From Reyranella sp. (GTDB lineage Bacteria > Pseudomonadota > Alphaproteobacteria > Reyranellales > Reyranellaceae), in assembly GCA_044225265.1 (NCBI GenBank), contig JBGAIW010000001.1, positions 47,872 through 111,871 on the forward strand: DNA of 64,000 nucleotides, read 5' to 3'. Every line of letters begins with the position of its first letter. The first letter of the stretch is position 1. Positions 59,089-64,000 of this stretch are shown in pieces. A program made the translations under genes and the position numbers. The notes beneath the pieces are model-generated. The model ran no database searches. It saw only the letters and a program-made list of their open reading frames with translations, and was not told the DNA's origin.

Positions 59089-60088
59089 CCCTGGGCGTGA
59101 CCTCTTCGCCGAACATCTGCATCTGATCGATCAGCTCCGGCACCGTGTTCGCGGCGAAGTAGAGGCCGAGCAGGTGAGTGACGCCCGCCTCCTTGAAGGC
59201 CTGCGCCTTCTCGACGACTTCGGCCGGCGTGCCGATCAGGTTGATCTCCTCGTGCGTCGCCGAGCCTTGGCCCTTCAGCGTCGACTTGGAGAGCGAGACC
59301 AGGTGCTTGTTCATCTGGCTCTTGCGGAAACTCTCGACCGCCTGCTCGTGCGTCTTGCCGAGATGGACGACGAACTGCGGGCAGACCTCGATCGTCTTCC
59401 AGTCGCGGCCTGCCTTGTCGGCTTGCTCGCGCAACGACTTCACGCCGGAGCGGATGCGGTCGACATGCATGCCGGCCGGCAGCCAGCCATCGGCCCATTT
59501 CACTGCGCGCTCGATGTTGTTCGCGTGATTCCCGCTGACATAGATAGGCAGCTTCTTCTGGAACGGCTTGGGGAAAAGCTCGACGTCCTTGAACTTGTAG
59601 TAGCGGCCGTCGAACGAGCAGACACGGTCCTTGAACAGCAGGTTGAGCGCCTGCAGACCCTCGTCGACGATGTCGCCGCGGTCGATCGTGGCGTCGGGCT
59701 GCAGCGCCTTGAATTCCTCGCGGTAGGCGCCGATGCCGATGCCGAGTTCGAGCCGACCCTTGCCGAAATGGTCGAGCGTCACGATCTGCTTGGCCGCGAC
59801 CACGATGTCGTGACGCATCGGCAGCACCAGGATGCCGGTGCCGACCTTGATGGTCTTCGTCTCCGACAGCACGAAGGCGTAGGTGACCAGCGGTTCCCAG
59901 AAGCGCGGCGGCACCGGAAACTCGGCGCGGACATAGTTCTGGGTCGTCATGTGGTCGTTGCCCCACACCGAATCGTAGCCGAATTTCTCGGCGGCCTGGG
60001 CGATCCTGATCACGTTCTCGGGGTCCGAAAACGGGATCGGATAGGTCAAGCCTTCCATTCCGGTGGGCAGGCCGGCACTCACGCGCAT
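59081..60088 (-). CDS. LLM-class, probable F420-dependent oxidoreductase
   Basis: VWGNDH, GIGIGAYREEF, DGWLP; paralog of 45163-46155. Confidence 0.85.
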   Translation of the reverse strand: MRVSAGLPTGMEGLTYPIPFSDPENVIRIAQAAEKFGYDSVWGNDHMTTQNYVRAEFPVPPRFWEPLVTYAFVLSETKTIKVGTGILVLPMRHDIVVAAKQIVTLDHFGKGRLELGIGIGAYREEFKALQPDATIDRGDIVDEGLQALNLLFKDRVCSFDGRYYKFKDVELFPKPFQKKLPIYVSGNHANNIERAVKWADGWLPAGMHVDRIRSGVKSLREQADKAGRDWKTIEVCPQFVVHLGKTHEQAVESFRKSQMNKHLVSLSKSTLKGQGSATHEEINLIGTPAEVVEKAQAFKEAGVTHLLGLYFAANTVPELIDQMQMFGEEVTPRVK

Positions 60089-60100
60089 GTCGGGACTCCT

Positions 60101-61837
60101 TTACTCGGCCGCGACGGCGCGCAGCTTCGACGTCTCGCTCTCGTTCACCGTACCGTCGTCATTGACGGCCACGCCGTAGTCGCGTCGCGCCGCGTCCGAC
60201 GAAATGAAGCCCAGCCGCACATCTTCGGCAACGGTGCCGGCCGGCCGCTTGCGCGGATTTCCAAGACCGCCGCCGCCCGGCATCCGGATGACGATGCGGT
60301 CGTTCCTGGGAACGGTCTGCACGCCCATGCCGCGCAACTTCTTGCCGGAGCCCAGGGCCAGGATACCGGCCGCGCCGTTTTGGCCGCCGTCCCGGCCGCG
60401 CGGCGGATGGTCGATGCGGTCGTAATAGGCCGAGATCGAGAACGGCGCATCGTCGAGCGACGCTACCTCCATGATCTGGCCCAGGCCGCCGCGGAACTCG
60501 CCGGCGCCACCGGAGTCCTGCCGATACTCCTTCTTCCAGAAGAGCAGGGGCGACACCGCCTCGTTGACCTCGATCGGAACGTTGCGCACGCCACTCGGGA
60601 ACGCCGTCGCAGAAAGACCGTCTCGGCCGGGACGCGCGCCGGTGCCACCCGAGTGGAAACTCATAATGGTGAAGGGCCTGGCGTTCACCGTCTCGGACGG
60701 ATCGCCGTCGGTGGAGCCGGGGCCGCCGAGGGCCATCACGTTCCACAGGCACGAGGTGCCTTCGGCCGGCACCTGGTTGCCCATCGCCTGGTGCAGGCAG
60801 CCGAACATCACGTCGGGCAGCATCTGGCCGGTGACGTGACGGGCGCAGACCGGTGCCGGCTTCTTGGCGTTGAGGATCGTGTTCTCCGGCGCGGTAACGC
60901 GGATCACCGAGAGCGAGCCCTCGTTGTTCGGCACCTTGGGGGCGACGATGCATTTCACGCCGAACGAGGCGTAGGCCTCGGTGTAGCAGACCGGCACGTT
61001 GATGCCGTAGCCGGAGACGGCGGACGTACCGGCGAAGTCGACGTCGATGCCGCTCGGGCCGATCTTCATGGTCGCCACCAGATCGATCGGCTTGTCATAG
61101 CCGTCGACCGTCATCGAGAACTTGTACTCGCCGGGCTTGATCTTGTTGATCAGTTCGAGCGACGCGGCCTTGGATTTCTCGAGGACATGGCTGCCGAGAC
61201 GGTCGAGGTCATCGATGGCGAACTCGTCCATCATCTCAATCAGGCGGCGGCAGCCGATTTCGTTGCAGGTCGCGAGCGAGTAGAGATCGCCCACCACCTG
61301 CACCGGTTCGCGCACGTTGGCGGCAACGATGTCGACCAGGGTCTGATCGACGGTTCCGCCCTTGGCGAAGCGCATCAGCGGGATGAACAGGCCTTCCTCG
61401 TAATTGGTGCGCGCGTCGGTGGTCATGCCGCGGCCGCCGATGTCGACGACGTGGCAGGTCGAGGCGAACAGCGCGACCATCTTGCCGCGCCGGAAGGTCG
61501 GCGTGACGAAGGTGAAGTCGTGCAGATGGCCGGTGCCCTTCCACGGATCGTTGGTCAGGAAGATGTCGCCTTCCCTCATCGACTCGGCCGGGAAGCGGTC
61601 GAGGAAGTGATAGACCGCGCGGGCCATCGAGTTGATGTGGCCTGGGGTGCCGGTGACCGCCTGGGCCAACATGCGCCCCTTCAGGTCGAATACGCCGGCG
61701 GACAGATCGCCTGCCTCGCGGGTCGAGGTCGAGAAGCCGGTGCGCATCAGCGCCAGCGCCTGTTCCTCGACGACCGCGATCAGGCGGTCCCACATCAGCT
61801 GCATGCGGATCGGCGAAAGAGGATCGTTGAAGCTCAT
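60101..61837 (-). CDS. Hydantoinase B/5-oxoprolinase family subunit
   Basis: TNDPWKGTGHLHD, HVVDIGG, EEG, DSGGAGEFRGGLG, PGGGGLG. Confidence 0.9.
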   Translation of the reverse strand: MSFNDPLSPIRMQLMWDRLIAVVEEQALALMRTGFSTSTREAGDLSAGVFDLKGRMLAQAVTGTPGHINSMARAVYHFLDRFPAESMREGDIFLTNDPWKGTGHLHDFTFVTPTFRRGKMVALFASTCHVVDIGGRGMTTDARTNYEEGLFIPLMRFAKGGTVDQTLVDIVAANVREPVQVVGDLYSLATCNEIGCRRLIEMMDEFAIDDLDRLGSHVLEKSKAASLELINKIKPGEYKFSMTVDGYDKPIDLVATMKIGPSGIDVDFAGTSAVSGYGINVPVCYTEAYASFGVKCIVAPKVPNNEGSLSVIRVTAPENTILNAKKPAPVCARHVTGQMLPDVMFGCLHQAMGNQVPAEGTSCLWNVMALGGPGSTDGDPSETVNARPFTIMSFHSGGTGARPGRDGLSATAFPSGVRNVPIEVNEAVSPLLFWKKEYRQDSGGAGEFRGGLGQIMEVASLDDAPFSISAYYDRIDHPPRGRDGGQNGAAGILALGSGKKLRGMGVQTVPRNDRIVIRMPGGGGLGNPRKRPAGTVAEDVRLGFISSDAARRDYGVAVNDDGTVNESETSKLRAVAAE

Positions 61838-63915
61838 GGGGCCACCTTTTCCAGCAGGATGGCGCCGATCGGGCTCAGCCGGGCGGCAAAGCTCTTCGGC
61901 ACGATGGTCGTGGTCTCGTCCTCGGCGATCACGGCGGGGCCGGGAACGAAGCTGCCGATCTTGAGATCGGCTCGATGATAGACCGGCACTTCCTTCATGT
62001 CCTGATCGGCCGGATCGTATACTGGGCGCTTGTTGCGCGGCGTCGCGGCGATGTCGGCCGGCTGCGGCGGCGCCTTCGGGAACGGCGGTTGCTCGGCGGC
62101 GAGCCGCAGGGTCCAGTTCATGATCTCGACGCTGAGGCCGGGGATGGTCCGGCCGAAGGTCGCGGCGTAACCGTCCTCGTAGAGCTTGATCAGCTTCTCG
62201 CGCGAGGCGGCGGTGAATTCGCCCGGCGGCAGGTCGACGGTGATCTCGTGGCCCTGGCCACGGTAGCGCATGTCGGCGGTGCGGGTCGCGACCAGCTTGG
62301 CGTCGGGGGCGCCGGCCTTGACCACGGCCTCGGCTTCGGCGCGCATCTCGGCGAACAGCTTGTTGACGAAGGCCGGGTCGAATTTGTCGGCATCGAGCTG
62401 CACATAGCGGCTGCGCACGACGTCGTAGGCGACCGGCGCCATCAGGAAGCCGACGGCGGAGCCGACGCCGGCGCCCGAAGGCACCAGCACGCGGCTGATG
62501 CCGAGCTTCTCGGCCAGGCGCGCGGCATGGATGGGCGCGGCGCCGCCGAAGGCGATCATGGTGCGATCCTGCAGTTCCTTGCCGCGCTCGACGGCATGAA
62601 CCCGCGCGGCATTGGCCATGTTCTCCTCGACGATCTCGCTGACGCCGAACGCGGCATCGAGACGCTTGAGCTGGAGGGCAGTGCCGACGGCCTTGTCGAC
62701 GGCGGCGCCGGCGTTCTCGGGCAGCAGTTTGATCGAGCCGCCGGCGAAGTAGCCGGGATCGAGCCTGCCCAGGACCACATCGGCATCGGTCACGGTGGGC
62801 TCGGTGCCGCCGCGGCCGTAGCTCGCGGGACCCGGCTCGGCGCCGGCGCTCTCGGGGCCGACATTGATGCGGGAGAGCGAATCGACATGGGCGATCGAGC
62901 CGCCGCCCGCGCCGATCTCGACCATCTCGATGACCGGAATGCGCAGCGGCAGGCCCGAGCCCTTGAGGAAGCGGTACTGGCGCGCGACTTCGAAGGTCCG
63001 AGAGTGCTGCGGCTCGCCATTGTCGATCAGGCAGATCTTGGCGGTGGTGCCGCCCATGTCGAACGACAGCACCTTGTCGAGGCCGCACTGGCGGGCGAGC
63101 GCGGCGGCCAGGATCGCGCCGCCGGCCGGGCCGGATTCGACCAGCCGGATCGGGAATTTCCGCGCGGTATCCAGGGCCGTGAGGCCGCCACCCGAGGTGA
63201 TCATGAACAGCGGGCAGGCGACGCCGCGCTCCTTCAGCGCCCTGTCGAGGCGGCCGAGATAGCGGTCCATCACGGGCTGCACGTAGGCGTTGGCGACGGC
63301 GGTCGACCAGCGCTCGTACTCGCGGATTTCGGGCGAGACCTCGCTCGACAGCGTGATCGAGATGCCGGGCAGCATCTCGGCCAGGATGTCGCGGGTGCGC
63401 CGCTCGTGCTTGCCGTCGAGATAGGCATGCATGTAGCCGACGGCGATCGCCTCGATGCCGGCTGCCTTCAGCTTGGGCGCGAGCGCGCGTACCGCGGCCT
63501 CGTCGAGCGGGATCAGCACGTTGCCGCGGCCGTCCATGCGTTCGGGAATGCCGAAGCGCAGGTCGCGGCCGACCAGCGGCGGCGGCTTGACCATGAAGAT
63601 GTCGTACTGCTCGAAGCGATGCTCGAAGGCGATCTCGATCGAATCGCGGAAGCCCTCGGTCACGATCAGCGCCGTCTTGGCGCCCTTGCGCTCGATGATG
63701 GCGTTGGTCGCGAGCGTCGTTCCGTGAATGATCAGGCCGAAGTCGCCCGGCTTGGCGTCGCTCAGCTTCATGATCTCGGCCATGCCGGTCAGCACGCCTT
63801 CTTCCGGCGCGCGCGGCGTGGTCAGCACCTTGGTGCTGGTGCGCTTGCCGTTCCATTCGAGGCAGAGGTCGGTGAAGGTGCCACCGATATCGACTGCCAG
63901 CCTTGCCTTTTCCAT
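61834..63915 (-). CDS. Hydantoinase A/5-oxoprolinase family subunit
   Basis: DIGGTFTD, HGTTLATNA, ESGPAGG, DMGGTT, GAGGGSIA, PTVTDA. Confidence 0.92.
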   Translation of the reverse strand: MEKARLAVDIGGTFTDLCLEWNGKRTSTKVLTTPRAPEEGVLTGMAEIMKLSDAKPGDFGLIIHGTTLATNAIIERKGAKTALIVTEGFRDSIEIAFEHRFEQYDIFMVKPPPLVGRDLRFGIPERMDGRGNVLIPLDEAAVRALAPKLKAAGIEAIAVGYMHAYLDGKHERRTRDILAEMLPGISITLSSEVSPEIREYERWSTAVANAYVQPVMDRYLGRLDRALKERGVACPLFMITSGGGLTALDTARKFPIRLVESGPAGGAILAAALARQCGLDKVLSFDMGGTTAKICLIDNGEPQHSRTFEVARQYRFLKGSGLPLRIPVIEMVEIGAGGGSIAHVDSLSRINVGPESAGAEPGPASYGRGGTEPTVTDADVVLGRLDPGYFAGGSIKLLPENAGAAVDKAVGTALQLKRLDAAFGVSEIVEENMANAARVHAVERGKELQDRTMIAFGGAAPIHAARLAEKLGISRVLVPSGAGVGSAVGFLMAPVAYDVVRSRYVQLDADKFDPAFVNKLFAEMRAEAEAVVKAGAPDAKLVATRTADMRYRGQGHEITVDLPPGEFTAASREKLIKLYEDGYAATFGRTIPGLSVEIMNWTLRLAAEQPPFPKAPPQPADIAATPRNKRPVYDPADQDMKEVPVYHRADLKIGSFVPGPAVIAEDETTTIVPKSFAARLSPIGAILLEKVAP

Positions 63916-63929
63916 CGCGTAAGCCCTCT

Positions 63930-64000
63930 CTACGCCGCGGTCTGTTGAATGTTGCCCCCGAGATAGGCCTGCCGGATGCGCTGGTCGGTGCGCACTTCTG
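63930..64000 (-). CDS. 3' end of a LivF/LivG-like ABC ATPase (partial)
   Basis: Hand translation ...EVRTDQRIRQAYLGGNIQQTAA* (AYLG C-terminal motif). Confidence 0.6.
   Translation of the reverse strand, partial: EVRTDQRIRQAYLGGNIQQTAA

Noticed and set aside
44213-60088. LLM cluster as a mobile genomic island
   Set aside because: No integrase, transposase, tRNA target or flanking direct repeats seen; promoter style matches the rest of the window.
60101-63856. Apparent 1251-aa protein and other long N-terminal extensions (e.g. 31686-34166, 14643-17195, 3120-5411)
   Set aside because: Only the C-terminal parts are real genes; the upstream parts are out-of-frame reads of neighbouring genes, not fusions.
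59174-63948. Very long alternative-frame and antisense ORFs (e.g. 59174-61978 +, 61975-63948 +; also 32684-35572 + and 10656-13094 -)
   Set aside because: Shadow ORFs caused by high GC; they overlap motif-bearing genes and have Arg/Ala/Gly-rich non-protein composition.

Overview
High-GC, gene-dense bacterial window of about 65 genes. It is probably alphaproteobacterial and Reyranella-like; this is an inference from the Bug/TTT receptors, an OprB/MnoP-type porin, palindromic repeats and promoter style. I found no rRNA, tRNA, CRISPR array, transposase or recognisable transcription factor. Two regions stand out. (1) At 4593-6184, a two-gene unit whose second gene is split in the ORF track by an in-frame TGA (5939-5941). 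Read through, it gives GIGD-U-GSCSSC followed by a SECIS-like hairpin, i.e. a UGSC-type selenoprotein resembling the GrdB active site. It lies among GGT, GFA-like, GST and two Lin0512 genes. (2) At 44213-60088, a cluster of 12 luciferase-like monooxygenase (LLM)/F420 oxidoreductase genes interleaved with fgd, cofE, gluconokinase and gnd, which looks like an F420H2-regenerating redox toolbox. Smaller signals include repeated -10 boxes 5-6 nt before ATG (leaderless transcription), enzymes lacking catalytic residues (GFA-like protein, alpha/beta hydrolase), a 5-codon coupling mini-ORF, a synonymously duplicated gene end, a probable CTG start, two broken genes and REP/RIME-like palindromes. All family calls come from motif recognition, not database searches.
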